64,000 nucleotides of DNA from Candidatus Omnitrophota bacterium (GTDB taxonomy: Bacteria > Omnitrophota > Gorgyraeia > Zapsychrales > JBDRMG01), in NCBI GenBank assembly GCA_043812495.1, contig JBDRMG010000065.1, forward strand, positions 2,339-66,338. The letters run 5' to 3'. The notes under the pieces are model-generated. The model did no database searches and was not told where the DNA came from. It saw only the letters and a list, made by a program, of their open reading frames with translations. This document shows, one piece after another, positions 24,001-39,000 of this stretch. Position 1 is the first letter of the stretch, and each line of letters opens with the position of its first letter. The position numbers and the translations under genes are program-made.

Positions 24001-27000
24001 ATTCCAAAGATGTTAGAAAACTTATCCGATGGAGATCTGCGCTATTGTTATCTTGCCCTTTCTAAACAGGAAAAGGCATATCGCCCATTTAAAGCCGGTC
24101 AAATGCCAAAGACGACGATTGAGAAGATCAAAGCCAGCCGCCTGAGCCTGGCTGTGGAATTAGCGGAAAGTTATCTTGAGGCCAAGAAAATATTCAACCC
24201 ATTAACACGAAAAGGCCTAAGAAAATGGACCTCTTGGGTCCTCTTCGTTCCCTACTTCTTAGCCCGCGTGACCTATCATTTTATTACGTCCCGTTCCACG
24301 CAAAATATCAAGCTCTTAAAACAAAGATACGATTGTGAAAGAGGCGTGTTCCTGCCGGCAGCCTATGAAGATCCTGAATACTATCTGGCCGTTGAATTGC
24401 GCAAAGCGCAAAAAGGCTACACAGCGCTTGAAAAAGCCTCCCTGGCTGGTTTTGCCTCAACCATGGTCGCGCCCATCGCCAGCGGCCAGGGAACATGGAT
24501 TTTTGGACGGGTGCTTTTAGCTGGTGTTACCTGGCTTGTGAGCGCGACGTTTGCGCCTCTTCTGGCGGGATTGTTCATATTCGCGCCGCTTGTTTTTCTT
24601 TTGAACTTAATCGGATTAAACGGTCTTGGGTTGACAGCCTTTGCGATCCGCATCGGCTTAACTGTTTTGGCCTTATCTCCCAAACGAGGCCCGACGCAAG
24701 TTATCCATTTGTTGAAAACGGCCGTGAGGTCAAAACTCTTTGACGCAAAAGGCCGAATCATGACACTGGATACGGCAAGAATCATTGCCCAAGGCGATCT
24801 TTTGGATAGTCAAAAGCGCGACATCATCCGAGAGGCCTTCACAAAAGGCTGGACCTACAATGTTTTTGGCAACAGAAGTCTTGATCTTTTCTTTGAACAA
24901 GCCTTGGGTGTTACCAAAGGCGCCAATGAAGACGCGATATGGATGATTCCTTTGGCTGTTATCGCTTATATCCTTAATCCATTCTTTGCGCTTCCTTCAC
25001 GATGGATATCCAAATTCATCATGGAAAACAAGTTCATTCAAGATCCCCAAAACATAGTAAGGGCCAATTACCTGATCTCAGGCCTGGCTAATCAGCGATG
25101 GGGATTCGCCTCAAGCTCTGTCATGATGTCATTGATTGGCGTTGAAATCGGATTATTTATTGGGGGCACAGAACTGTTAGGCGGTCCGTTTGAAGTTATC
25201 GGCCATGCCGCGGAAGGACCAGACCATAGTTATATCGGCATCGGCCATACCATCCTTACCCCCATAGTGGATATCGTTGATCCGATGCATGATATTTGGC
25301 TGCCTCTAGGCGATACCTTATTGGGCGGCAAGGATAGTTTAGCAGATCATTATATGGCCCACCAGATAGGTACGACAGTTGAGAATGCCAAACGCTATAA
25401 TCGTCTTTCAGAGGAAATCCCTGAATTAGAACAAGAAGCAAGGGATTTAGGCGCGCTAAGGAATTTGCTTGGTCATGTGATTAAGGGAGACCTGCCGCTA
25501 TTCACTGCCGCGACATTAACTTCTGGCCCGTCAGCCGGAGCGGATAAACTCTTTGCCCCAGCAGACACAACTATGCTAGCCGGGATCGTCCCTGATTCAT
25601 CGGTCAGCCCGGATTCTGAGCCGCTGGCTCAGAATAACAACCCTGAGCAAGCCTCGCCATTTATGGCGGGGCGCGTCGAAGGGCTGGCTGATATGAGCTT
25701 GGCCAGCGTTAGCTCTCCTTCTGCCGATAGCGTCCATGATGCTATTGACCTTTTCTTTGCCAATGACGTTGAGAATGCGCCGGATTCAAAGCATTCAAGC
25801 GCCGATGATACCGTGAAGATCGCAGCCATATATACAGAGAATCAAGCTGACTCTCATGAGGAAGGCGCGGCAGCCGCGGATGAAGAAAACGCGATTGATT
25901 CTGATTCTGCTTTGTCCCAAAGATATGCCGGGACTTCGCAAGATGTATCCGCAGCCGCGGATGAAGAAAATGCGATTGATTCTGATTCGTCCCAAGGTGT
26001 TATCGGAGCTTCGCAGAATGGGTCTATGGAGTCGGCCGCGGAGGTTCATGTGAAAATAGACGAGGCCTCCGCGTTAGAACACATGCAGGCCGATCTTAAT
26101 AAAACAACAGAAGAAGAAATTAAGAAAAATACAAATCAGACAGATCGACAAGAACAGATAGAAAAAGTTAAAGAAGCAACCCAAAAAGATCCATTGATAG
26201 AGAAAGCAAAGGTTGAACTTGCCAAAGTCGAACAAGCTATTACAGAGAAAAGCGAACAATGGAAAGAGAAACAAGAAGAGCTAAAAAGCGTTCAAACCGA
26301 TATTCGAAAAGATCAGCTGACAAACGCCATTAAGGATTATGATGTTGGCATCAAAACAGAAAGCCAGGAATTCTTAAAATTGACCAGCCAGCCTGGATAC
26401 GATTTTTCCGGCGATAGGACCGCCAGAGAAATGCTTCAGGTTGTCCGGACCATGACAGGAAGCCAGGAAACCGGCGATATTTTCACAGCGGATGAAGCAA
26501 GGGTATTAGTGGAAGAGCAAATCGCGTTGATTGATAAAGAGAACGAAACAGGCGAATCGCAGGATCCCCGCGCTAAAGTAGCGAAAAGCCTGGAAGCCCA
26601 ACAGATTTGGCTCAGGCTCCCGTCGGTGGAAGAGCGCCATTCAGAAGTCCTTGATCTGCCGCCTTTTATTGCCGAACGTTTTGGCTCAAGAAGAATTGAT
26701 CTTGAGAGAAAATGGGTTGAGCTCAGTATCAAAGACAATGATTCGGACCAGGAATTGAGCGATGAAGAGAAAAAAGATTATGATGCCATCCGGGCATCTT
26801 ATCAATACATCAAAGCCCATGAAAGACAAGATGAATTCAAAAAGAACCCGCCGACAAAGCGAAAAGGCTGGCAAGCCACAAACGAAGATATCCAGGATCT
26901 TGTCGATGCGGGATATTTAGACCAATGGACAGTATGGTTAGCCCATGCTACAAGGCAAAACTTAAATGAAGCGGCCCTTGAGGCCGTGGCTGTTTTGCAG

Positions 27001-30000
27001 ACCATCCATGAGATTGATGAGCGCAAATTCGGCTATCCTGTTTTTGGTCCTGAAACGCGCCAGGCCCTGGAAAAAGATTTGGAAGACGTAGTAAATCGCG
27101 AGGAACAACTCTCGTTCAATCGCTTGGAGCGCCATGGAACAGAAGATCCGGATCAGTTAAAGAAACTTGACGACGAACAAGAGCTGCTGACAAAGGCAAT
27201 CGCGGAATATGATCAAAAGATATATAACGCCATAGTACAGGCCCAGGGCGAAGACATTGACACGCAAGAATTAACCGCCGCATTTGACCAGCAAGAAAGC
27301 GCGCAAACCGATTCCCAAACCGATTCCCTGGACAGCTTTGTCCTTTTTGACCCGGATAAACCTCTTAAGATCCGCAAGGATGAAGAGGGCGACGGTCATT
27401 ATCGCGCCGGCCGCGAAAGAGAAGAAACAGGAAAAGAGTGGGAACATAAAGGGATTGACCTTGTTGTGGAAACCAATATGTTTATTTATGTTCCAAAGGA
27501 ATTTGACGGCGCGAAAGTCACAAGAGCTGATAAAGATCAATTTGAGAGTACGGATCATTACGGCAATGTCATTGACATTACCAAGGTGATCAATGGGGAC
27601 ACATACACATTACGTATAGCTCATGTGGGTACCGTATGGCCTGATCTCGGAGACATTGTTAAAACCGGACAGGTCTTGGCGCTCACAGATGTGATCACAG
27701 GATGGGCTCATCAGTCCATGCTTCCGGGTTCCAAAATGCTCGAACATATTCATGTTGAGATCTTGAAAAATGGTAAAAATGTTGATCCAGAGGAGCATAT
27801 GACAGGCATTGAGGCTTCAGACGAAGACTCGCCCGATAAGAAGGAATATTTAGAAAAGCGTTCAAAAGAAACGAATCCGGCCACGGCCGTTCCGCAGTTT
27901 ACGCCTGTTGTCCCTGAAGCAATGCAGGCCTCTGTTGTTTATGGACCGGAAGGCGACTCCACGCGCGTCTATCAAGATGTCGCTCAAGAGCTTTATGAAG
28001 AAGTCGATACCGGCCGCGAAGGCCAGGTCGGATTCGGCGCTGTCGGCGCTAAGAGCGTTTTGCCCACGGGTTATTTCACGAGTAAAAATCTCAGATTCAT
28101 ATTGAGCGGAAGCAAAACAGAAAAAGCCATCCACGGAACGCTCTATTGGCAGAATTCCTGGATGAATTCCGCCGCAAGAGGACTCTATAGCGAAGATATC
28201 GCCAGCCTTGGCATTAACAGCAAGGTCCAAACAGGCCGGTGGGCCCTTCTCTTTGACGGCACCTGGATCAAGAGCTTGGTCCCCAAAGAGGATGAAGACG
28301 GGGTTGAAATAAGATACCATGACGACACCTTCTGGCAGACTTATAATCTTGGCGCTGAATATACGGATAACTACCTTCACGTGGGAACAAATGTTTTCGT
28401 TAATCCTCAGGCCGAGGGTGAAGACGAGGAAGTCCTTGGTGACGTGAGCGTCGAAGCGAAGCTGCCCTACGGTATCGGTGAAGTGAGCGGTAATATCTAT
28501 GGTCTGGGCGATGATCCGGAAAGCAGAACATCCAGTGGTTTCATTTCCGGTGCCATTCAAAAGGAAAGATTCAACTTCAATTGGGATGTTGTCAAGCCCA
28601 CAAACTCAGAGAAATTTAATTATAACGCTCAAGCGAAATTCCCGCTCGTAAGAGATAAAGATAAAAACCGCGATGTGACCTCGATCAGCGTCGCGGGCTC
28701 GCGCGTCTATAACTCGCCTTATAATACGGACGGGTCCGCCGCTTATTTTATGGACGCTCAATTCGCGTTCAATCCCACCTGGGAATCCCGCTTAAGCCTG
28801 CGCGCCGATAAACTATTCACCAATCAAACAAGATATGTTTCTGACGTCTTTGTCGGTGATTGGTCTTTCAAGCCGCATTTTTATGGTGATTATAATGATC
28901 AAGGACAATATCACAGCCGGTTTGAATTGGCTCCTCCGCTTGGCCAAAAGAGCAGCCTGGCGTTCTATATCAACGGCCAAAAAGAAGAAAGATTTACCCG
29001 TAGAGGATTTAGTTTTTCCTACAACGATCGCGTGCGCTTTGGTGTTTCCGAAGGCCAATCCGGGGCCTTCTATCCGACGGGCAGCGTGGATTTTGGACGC
29101 TTTAGCATCACAGGACAAGGGATGCGCTATCAAGGAAGAACAGAAGTCGATGTGATCGCGACGGTTGAAGACGTCAAATTCCCTATCATTGGAGTTGTGG
29201 GCGACATCAACGGGGGTGCGCTTGTCGATGAAACAGATAAACCTTATTTTCACGTGGGCTTTAACTTTGATGCGAGAAGCCTTTATGGCAGAGGCGGAAA
29301 TCATAGCACGCCAGATCAGGATTACAGTGACTCGCGTATGTCCAGCCTGAACTCTGTTCAAAGCGTATCGAGCGCGAGCCGCGAGCCAATGCCAATAAAA
29401 AGAGTGTTTGAGCTGATGGTTCAGAACGCTCCATCTCCAGATAAATTGCAGGCCGGCATCTCCCTCTCATCGTCAGACACGCCTGCGACAAACGCGCCAG
29501 AGACTGGCTTACAAGAAAATGTTCTGACCATTAAAAATAATCCAGGCATTAAGAAGACGGGCGGCTCTTCCGCGTCAAATGTGACAGAGGCTGACCTCAG
29601 AGAATACAATCTGGCTATTGAGAAGATTCCGGCCCTTGGAGAGATGACCGCTGACAATCCCAAGGCGCGCGACATGCTCTTGAACGCCATGGTCCTTCAG
29701 GTCGGCCCCGGAAAAATCTATAAAGATGTTCAAGCCTGGCAGGCAAATCTCGCGGGATTGGCTGGCTTGAGCGAGCCGCAGCTTGTAACGGAGCTGCAAA
29801 TACAGTCTAAAGAAGATTTCAATACCGCCATCAAAGGGCTATTGCGCAAATACAATCTTTCCTTGGCAGACATTGATCCCATTCTCAAGGCTGTCTTAGA
29901 CCTTCTGGGCGCGGTGGCCGTCGAAATCCCTAATACCGATCCGGTCGAATACACCTATCCATCTCTCCCTGCCGATCAATTGTCAGCGGGCCATAAGGCC

Positions 30001-33000
30001 TTGCGCGATCTGGGCAACAGCGATCAAAACAACAAAGACGACCAAGGTGATTGGGTGCGCAATCCTTGGACAGGGGAGTACATCTCTAAGGTCTGGGACT
30101 TTGGATTTAACACAAAAGTAAAATATATCGGAAAAGACGAAAACGGCAATCCCCGGGCCTGGCCAACGGTTGGGCGCTACTTAGAAGATATCGTGAAGGT
30201 TTTTGAACTGGTGACAATAGATCAGCGTGACTACAATTACAGTGCTGTACGCAATTTGCATAACTTAACTTATTTCCACTTGGATCAGCGGGCCGGACGC
30301 ATTGAAACGGATTTTCTCTTTGGTCTCAACCGCTCCTGGGCCGTTGTTTGGTCTTATTTTGAACCCAAACTTAAATTCTGGGATCCGAAAAATAAAGATT
30401 ACAATGCCGAATTTGCCGCGAATTACACGCCCGGTTATCGCGATCCGTTGTCACCCGTACCGGAATATGACGGAAAGAAATTCAAGTATGGCCGGGAATT
30501 CAGAGAAATGGGGCCTATGTATAAATCGGCCAAAAATATCCATGAATTTCTCGTAGCCATGGACTATAAACTTTTAGAAAAAATCATCGGCCGCTTGTTC
30601 CCCTCCAAACTGGCGTTCTTTAAGAAAATGCGCGATCCCAATCGAATTCAGCCCGTCATAGGCATTGACGCGGATGAAGATTTTCATGATTGGGCCATCG
30701 AATTGGAGCAAGTCCTCAAACACGACACAAGAAAATACGGCCTGCGCATTAAAGATCCGAGCGTGCCTGATGTGCTTGAAAGATTTGAAGTTCAGATCAC
30801 GCAGGTCTGGAGTCTGGTCCTGATTCTTAAGAACTATTATGACCTTCTCTCGGACAATGAGATCCTTGATCTCTTAAAGTTCAAATTCCCTGAAATTACG
30901 GATTGCACATTGATCGATCCGGATGACGATAACTTAAGCGACGATGTGCCGAGCCAATCCGAGCTTGCGCCCAAACGGAATATTTATGAAAACAATCCCT
31001 GGCTGCAGTTTGCCACCCAGGTGGAAGAACAGGCGATTTACCTCGAAACAGGCGAACGGACCTTTTATGTTCGCGAAGGCTGGGATACGTTCCTCAATAC
31101 GTTTATCAGCGATGAAAAAGCCGATCTTCTTAATCACCGTTACGGCATTACAGGCATCAAGCAGGATTTGATCAATTACAAAAAGTTCTGGGAAGAGATG
31201 TGCGGGCCCCATCAGCCTGCGGCCGAATTATATGATAATCTCTTTTGGGTTAAAGGAAGGGATTTTGCCGGAAAAACATTCGATGATTATGAAACAAACA
31301 ATACAAAGGAAAATGGTTTTAATCGCAGAAATGACGTTCATCGGTCGGTTGTCAACGGCTGGATTCGTGATATCAAAGTCGAAGGCCGCGAAGTGATCAT
31401 CCAATACAGACTGAAACTTCCTTCCATTGGACGCTATAAGGAAAGTGTTCTCAGCCAACCAAAATTTATTCCGGCCACAGAAGATCTCAAGAAAAAATTG
31501 GAAATTGCCGAAGACCTAAAGGATATCAGAGACAAGTATGAAAAGACTATCCTCAATATTCATAGCTACACCCTGCCTGTCGATGGCGGTCCGTTTTACC
31601 AAAGATTGCTGGATTATCTGTTTCCCTCAGACCTTCATGTCTATAATCTCGATGCGGTATGGACTAAACGCTTAACCGACGCGCTGACTATAGAAGAAGC
31701 GCAAGACTTGAATGACCTATACGAAAAACTGCTTGAACACGAGGATCTTATCCAAACCCTTGGCGAAATGGCTCAGGTGCGCGGGGCCCGGGTCGAGTCT
31801 TTAGACGGCAAGCATAAAACGCTGGCCGCGGCAACGGAGCGTGACGAATTTGCCCTTCTTGGGACTATTGGCAATCTATTGATTAACACCATTAAACCGC
31901 AATTGGTTGAGCAACTTGGCCTGGATAATCAATTTCATGTTATTCAGACATTCGATAACGAAGCTGAGCTGTTTGAAAAACTAAAGCAGATTCAAGAACT
32001 CTTCTTCCTGTTAAGAAACACCAAGGGTCTTGACGCCAAGGTGCCTTTGGCCAAAGCCGGTATTGAAAATTGGCGCGGCAACCGCACGCGCATCGTGCAG
32101 TTCTGGTTTGACCTGCTTTCTTTAATTGGCGTGGACGATGGTTTTGATCCCCTGAAAGGGCCAAGCAAAAAGCCATTCAGGACCGTTATGTCCCTCATCG
32201 AGCATCTCAAGAAGGAAGAAGAAATGTCTCCGATCCTGGCGGAGATCGCGCCTCATCCGCTTTATCCGGATGCGGATATGGATGACTGGGGCTTTATGTT
32301 AAGAAACACCGAATACCTTGAGGGCGAAAAGTTTTCCGACGCCAAGGCCCATGCCTTCTCCACAGGCCGCTTTGGCCGGGATTTCCAGGAAGGGCTCAAT
32401 GTGACGGATTTTGCCTGGCTGACTTCCTTAAATAACGAAGATATCATCCAGGCCACGTATGAACCAACAGGCATCAGCAAAGACGGGAAACGCGTGCATG
32501 TGACCATGAGGGTTTATGATGAGGGCAGGCTCGAAGATATGAAGGAAGTCAAAGGGCGGGTGGTCTTTGAAAATCCGCGTATTTTAGATCAGCTGACAGG
32601 CGCCTATATCAAAGGCATGATCCCTATTGATGATGAATACTTCTGGTATATCGTGAATGAATACGATGAATACTTCGATGACGTAAAACCCAGCTGGAGC
32701 GGATTGGATATTACCTCAAAGCATAACAAAGTTCCCAGCAAAACCATTATTTACCTGGCCAAGAAAGGCTCCGATAAAGCCCTTCGCTTTGCCGAAGCCG
32801 TCAGTCTTAAAGACTATGAAAAAGGAAACGGAGAGCTCAAACAGGAAGTGACCTATTATGCCGGCCGTCAAGTCATCGCGAAAGAAGTCCAAACCATTGA
32901 TGTGACAAGCGCCTTTGGCCGCGTGATCGAAAAAGAAAATAAGCAAGCCGGCTGGAAAGCAAAATTTCCGCTCACGACCGAAATCGACGGGAAAGACGTA

Positions 33001-36000
33001 CCCAACTTCTTTGCCGGCACGGCGATTGAATCCAGATTCACCGATCCCAAAGGTGCCTTGCGGACAACGCGATTGGACGCTAAAAAGATCGCCGAAAATA
33101 TTTACGCGCCTATGTATGATGAAAACCTCAACCAGATGGCCACCCTGACCAAGCCGGCCGGTACCTATCGGCAGATACTCTCACCCAGACGCCTGGGCGC
33201 CGTCCTGGAAGAGACCAACATGCTCACCCACAGCAAAACGATTTATGAAGATTTCTTCGGAAATATTGCTCGCCGTTTCCATTATGAGGAAGATAAAACA
33301 ATCAAAGGCGTGGATACGCCTTATCGCACAGAAGGCCGTCTTGTTGTCGACTCCTCACCGTGGCGGGTGCCGGTCCTCACAAACGGCCTTCTGGTGACCA
33401 AGACAGAAGAATTTTTGGGCCAGGAAGTCGGCCAGACATGGACCGATTATCTGGATCCAAGCGTCCTGGGCCGCCGGGCCGGACGCATTTTGGGCAACGA
33501 CAATGTCATCACCAATCACGCGTTCTGGGATGACATTGCCACGGTCTCAAGCGAATTACAGCCTTCGACCGGTCATGTCGCGTGGACCTATGTCGACACA
33601 CAAGAAAACGGCGAAGTCATCGCGGATTCAATGAATCGCACGGGTGTTCGAATAGATGACGGCCTCAAGGTTGTCTCGGCCACGTTAGATTTTAATAACG
33701 GCGCTGTGATGAATCACTATGATCCTGCCATCGGCTTAAGGACCGATCATCCGGAACAAATTGTCACCAAAGCCAAAAAGACCGCTTCTAATTTCTACGG
33801 CCCGTATCCCATCTACGCGATTAAAACCATAGGGCTGAAACAAGAATTTTCCATACGCGACAATGATGAAGGTGTGCCGTTGTTGATGGATGCCGCGGAT
33901 ATGACCAACCAGACCCACAGGTCATTCAAAGAATCCATCGCGACCGACTTAGGGAAGTCCAAAAATGTCATTACGCAAGAATTATATCGCGGTCTTTATG
34001 GACAGCTGATTTATTTGAAGCGGGGCAACGGCTCGGAATCCCGCTATGGGTATTGGGTCGGTCAGACACCATCCCGCTGGATCATGACCCACGGTCCCTT
34101 GACAGAACAAGGATTTTATCGTTTGGGAACAGGCGAATCCGCCGGTGTGTTTGAAACAGAAATCATCAATGGTATTAAGACGCTGCCGGCGGATATTATT
34201 GCGACAGCCGATCCGTTTACCAATCAGCAGTACAGAACAGTCTACAGCAGTGTTCACGACGGCGAAGAGCTCGCTTCGCGGCTCGACTGGAGCTATATCA
34301 CGAAAGACGGCCAAGAGCATCATGAAGTTGTGCTGGTTGTTACCGCGACCGATTACAATGATCTGACAAAATCGGTGAGCATAACAGATATCATGACCGG
34401 TGCGTTGGCGGGCACGGAAGATGCGTATTTTGACGGAACGAACTGGGTCTTTAATGAGCGTATGCTCGATCCCAATAATCCTTCCACGGTCATATCCAGA
34501 AGATCAAAAGCCATTGAGCCTTACGGTCTGTATGCCTGGTTTAAAGATACAAAAGAGATCGTTTATCCGGAGTATATCGGCGGCGTGCAGATTGGCTCAG
34601 AAGTTAAAGGATTAGAAAGTCAAGCCGTGGAAAGAAGGACCAATGTTTTGGATTGGCTGCCCGATAATATCGTTTCAACCCGGGAGCAAGACGCGTTAAA
34701 ACAACTTAACTTAAATGAAGTCCTCTACAATCCCATCGGGCAGCCCGTCAAAGTCAAATTTGATGTTGCCGATAATATCGAAGGCGAAATCCCGTCCTTA
34801 AATTCCGAAACAGATGTTGTTTATCAGGGGGCCTCCGCTCTCTCGGATTACGGCAAGACTTACTATAATGGTCTTTTAGACTATTCCAGTCTGACGCAGC
34901 CCATCGCCGATGACATATTACCCATCGTGAAGGATAAAGTCTTCGGAGACGTCAAACGTATTGACCGGCTTGATCTGGAAGACGGGAATGCCGGGTATTA
35001 TCCGAGATCCTATCGCTCCACGGTCTTTATCTTTGAGGAGCCCTACACAGGTCCGTATACTCTCAAGGCAGTCAAATGGATGGGCCGTACCGATATGCCT
35101 AATGAACTTTTCTTGGTGGATGAATACGGAACAATCCTTGAGCGCCATGCGGTTGAAATTGATCATGCGGGCAAACGAACAACCGTTCAGATTTATCGCG
35201 TCAACCCGTTCGCCCAGAATATGCCGATTGCCTTTGATGAAATGAAGGTTCCCGCCATTGACGCTAGCGGCAACATCATTTGGGTTGATTATTTTGTCCA
35301 AGGTCTGGCCATCGATCCCTCGAATGTGTCTCAGGCCGTGATGGATGAAGCGAAAGCCGGCGACTGCAACCTTGTGCGCTCCTATCAAATTGACGGCAGA
35401 GATGATATTGTCAACATGGCAAAAACAACAGGCCTGGATGTTGACCTTGGATTTGAGCCAACGGAATTAATGACAAAACTTCCCGATGGCAGATATTTTT
35501 ACGAAAAGGTTCTTCTTGAAGATCTTCCGTATTCCAAGTACCCGAATATCAAGTTCGTCGGACCCAACGAACCTGTGCTGAATGGTGATTGGCACGAGTG
35601 GGGAGATTACGCGACATTCAAACTGTATTATGACCGTTTTGTTGATTTTGTTAAGAAACACGATCCCATGCGCTTGCCGACCGTGCACCTGGCGGATGAA
35701 GATGACGTTGTTTTCTTAAGGCAATTCATTCTAGATTATGGCGATAACGGTCAGGCGGAAAATTCCCCCAAAGGCGTAAACAACCGCGCGGATTATCGGT
35801 TGCCCGTCATATTCTTTAATACCTATCGCTGGGAAGATCCTCAATTAGCGGCCTATGATTATAACCACATTGCGCTGGATTTAAGGAACGCGAAAAGAAT
35901 TGTATCAGCACCTGCTTTTGCCTTTGGTGAAATCGGCGCTGATTCCCGTGATGAGCTGGAAGGAAAAGAACGGCAGGATTTGCAGGCGCGGGCCGTCAGA

Positions 36001-39000
36001 ATGATTACGATGCGCGCAGCGGAGCTCCAGAATGTTTATGGTTATAGAACTCTGCAATCACCATACACCCAGGAGGAAATCATGAAGCGCGGTCAGGGCG
36101 ACCGCATCCGGGGTATCGGAGGCTACATTAACTTTCAGGCCAAAGATGTTCCAGGAAAGGCGTCGATGAGCGAAGGCATGGAAGGCGCCTGCTATGACCA
36201 GTATGAAAATATGGATAAGTACGGCGTCTTGGGTAAACCGGCCTGGCAGGAAATCAAGAAGATCAATGCCCAAGAATGGGAAGTGACACCGGAAGATCTC
36301 AGAAGAATAGATGTTTATTATCGTTACACAGATTTCCTCGAATACAGGATTAATGTACCGCTTCAACAAAAAACCTATTACGGTTTGTCTCTGGAAAAAT
36401 TACCTAATGGACAGTCCTTTATCGCCAATTTCCCGCAAATGGTCCAGGACTTGACGGGCCGCGAAGGATATTTCAACAAGGAAACAGGCCGGGATCATAT
36501 TATCGAAATAACGGTTTGCCGAGGCTATGCCCCAGGATCGCCCGGCATCGGATACTATTATCAAAGCGCCATGAACTTAGAAGATATTTATAGCCCTGGC
36601 GCGTTGACTAAAGAAAGAGCCGATGAGGTCTTCCCTCTAAATATGCCGTTCGAGAAGAAACTTTTAGCCGGATTCTTCTCCACATGGCATACCGCAAGCG
36701 CTGATCCTCAAACGCTGGCCGGTTTAGGTGTTAGATTATCTGTTTATTCCGAACGAGGGGAACTGTTAAACGTAACGGTCTTAACGCCGGCGGTACCGGG
36801 CACAACGCAGACAAGTCAGACATCCAAGCAGCCTCATTCTTATTATCCATCTCAAGTCTACGATAGTCTAAAGACCGCTCTGGACATCAAAGAGAGCCTC
36901 GAAAAACAGCAGGAGGCAAAACAGAAAACGCAAAGACAGATTTATGAAGAGCAGGAAGAAGCCAAAAGAGACAGCATCTATCAAGGAATCATCAGGAAGA
37001 ATCAACAGAAACTCAATCAGGGCCAACAGAATCAGCCGCAGAAAAGCGGCTCCGGCCAAACACCGTCCTCGGAACCGATAGGCAGTTTGATTCCCGACGC
37101 CCCTGAAGACATATTTTCAAAAGAATTTTTAGCCCAGGCTCCGGTCAACTCCCCGGAATTAATGCCCATGTTGACTCCCGTCATGCCGGCGCCGGCTCTC
37201 ATCGCTCATCCCATTGAAGCGGATAACGTTCATAAAGCCGCCCAGGAATATCTTAATCGACCAACCGAAAGCAGCCTGTATACCGGACGAAAGTTAGAAT
37301 ATGGTGCCTTCGCCTTGAAGTTCTTAGAGCAGCAGTACACAAACGGCCAGCCTGTGGCCTATCGGACAAAAGACGGTGAAAGAAGATGGAACATGCAGCC
37401 AGAAGAAATCAGTGCAAGACTTCAAGAAAAAGGATTCAATGCTGATTTTGTGCTCAACCAGATTCGCAAACATGAAAATCAGGACACAGAAGAAGGAGGG
37501 ATAGCAGCCCAGGTGAAAGATATTGAAGAACAGATGCCGGAAGAGATTAAAACGGGCGGAAAGCGGCCCATTGCGCCTTATACGCAAGCTTTGAAGGACG
37601 GAACAGTGATTCCGGGAGAGAAAGTCCAAAGAACGCCCAAGCTGCCCATGCCGGAATTGGTCGAAGAATTTGACCCGCTCAAGGCTGGATATGGTTTATA
37701 TGATTTTACCCTCAGAGATTTTAAGAATTTCGGATCGGTGCTTGTTCCAACTGTCCAGAAAATATTTTTCGACAAAATCGGAAAAAAGGAGAAAACTGTT
37801 CAGTACTTGGTCGACCCGGAAACAAAAAAACTGTACTTAGGCGTTGTAGCCAAGGAAGCCACGCTCGAACAGCTCTGCTTGGATTGTCTTAAGGAATTTA
37901 TCCGCTATGAGGCCCAGAACGATCCTACCGGCGCCTGGGACTTCTTAAGAAAGCAAATGAACACGTCCATTGCTGTGGATATTGAAGGTGTGCGCGAAGT
38001 CATCAACCCGGAAACCGGCGAGAAAGAAATCCATATGCTCAAGGGCTGGACCACCTTCATCGATGTTGTCTCCGGTAAAGAAATTTTCCAAATAGACGAA
38101 AAAGAGGGTCTGGCCCGCTTTATTTTCTATGACGACCGGTATCAACTGGTGGGAAGCTTTGACTATGCGTGGGACCGCTGCTGCGGCATCGGCGCGGAGC
38201 CGGTTTTCAATGACGATGGCAAGCGCCAGTGGCCGGGCGCTAAACCGCAAAGCATATCGCTTTATATCGGTAAGAAAAATAATGAAGATAACAGTCATGA
38301 AGAAAGATTTTTCCTGGTCCATGACCTTAATCAGCCCGATATTTATCTCATTGAGCGAAGAGACAGGTATGCTTTGGACGCGGTCATGGAAGTCACTAAG
38401 GGGATGTGTGATTATCGCTACGGCTTGACTTTGGATGAGAAAGAAGTGTACCGATTAAGGCAACAGGGACTTGGACAAAGAAAAGATGCGGTCGACCAAC
38501 ATTTTATTCAATTCGCTCCTTATGAATCAACGGTTCACACGTATGCAGACTTTACATCGCCGAGCGATCCACTCAATCCATTTAAGCGGACATTTCTGTT
38601 GGTGGCTCAAGTGTGGGCCGAAAGCCACACATATGTCCTTCATGATAGCTGGGTCGTAATCCCGATGTGGCGTGAGGGTGATTTGGCCAATGGCGGAACA
38701 GGCGCACTCAGCTATTCAAAACTCTCCGAACTTCGCTATCGTGAAGGAGATTTGAGAGCCGTCGCCGTGTCCCATTATGAGCTAACCACGGATAAAACAG
38801 GTGAATATATCACTCAGAGCGGCGTCTCCCATGATTGGGATATTCTCGAAGTGATCAACGGTTTTAACGGAACAAAAATGGAAAAATGGTTTGGAGAGCT
38901 TAACGCGGATGGACGTTATGTTATGCCGGAAGAGGCGATAAAGATATACAGCATCTATGCAAAAACATTTGAGGATCGCATTCGATTTAATAAAGTGCCC

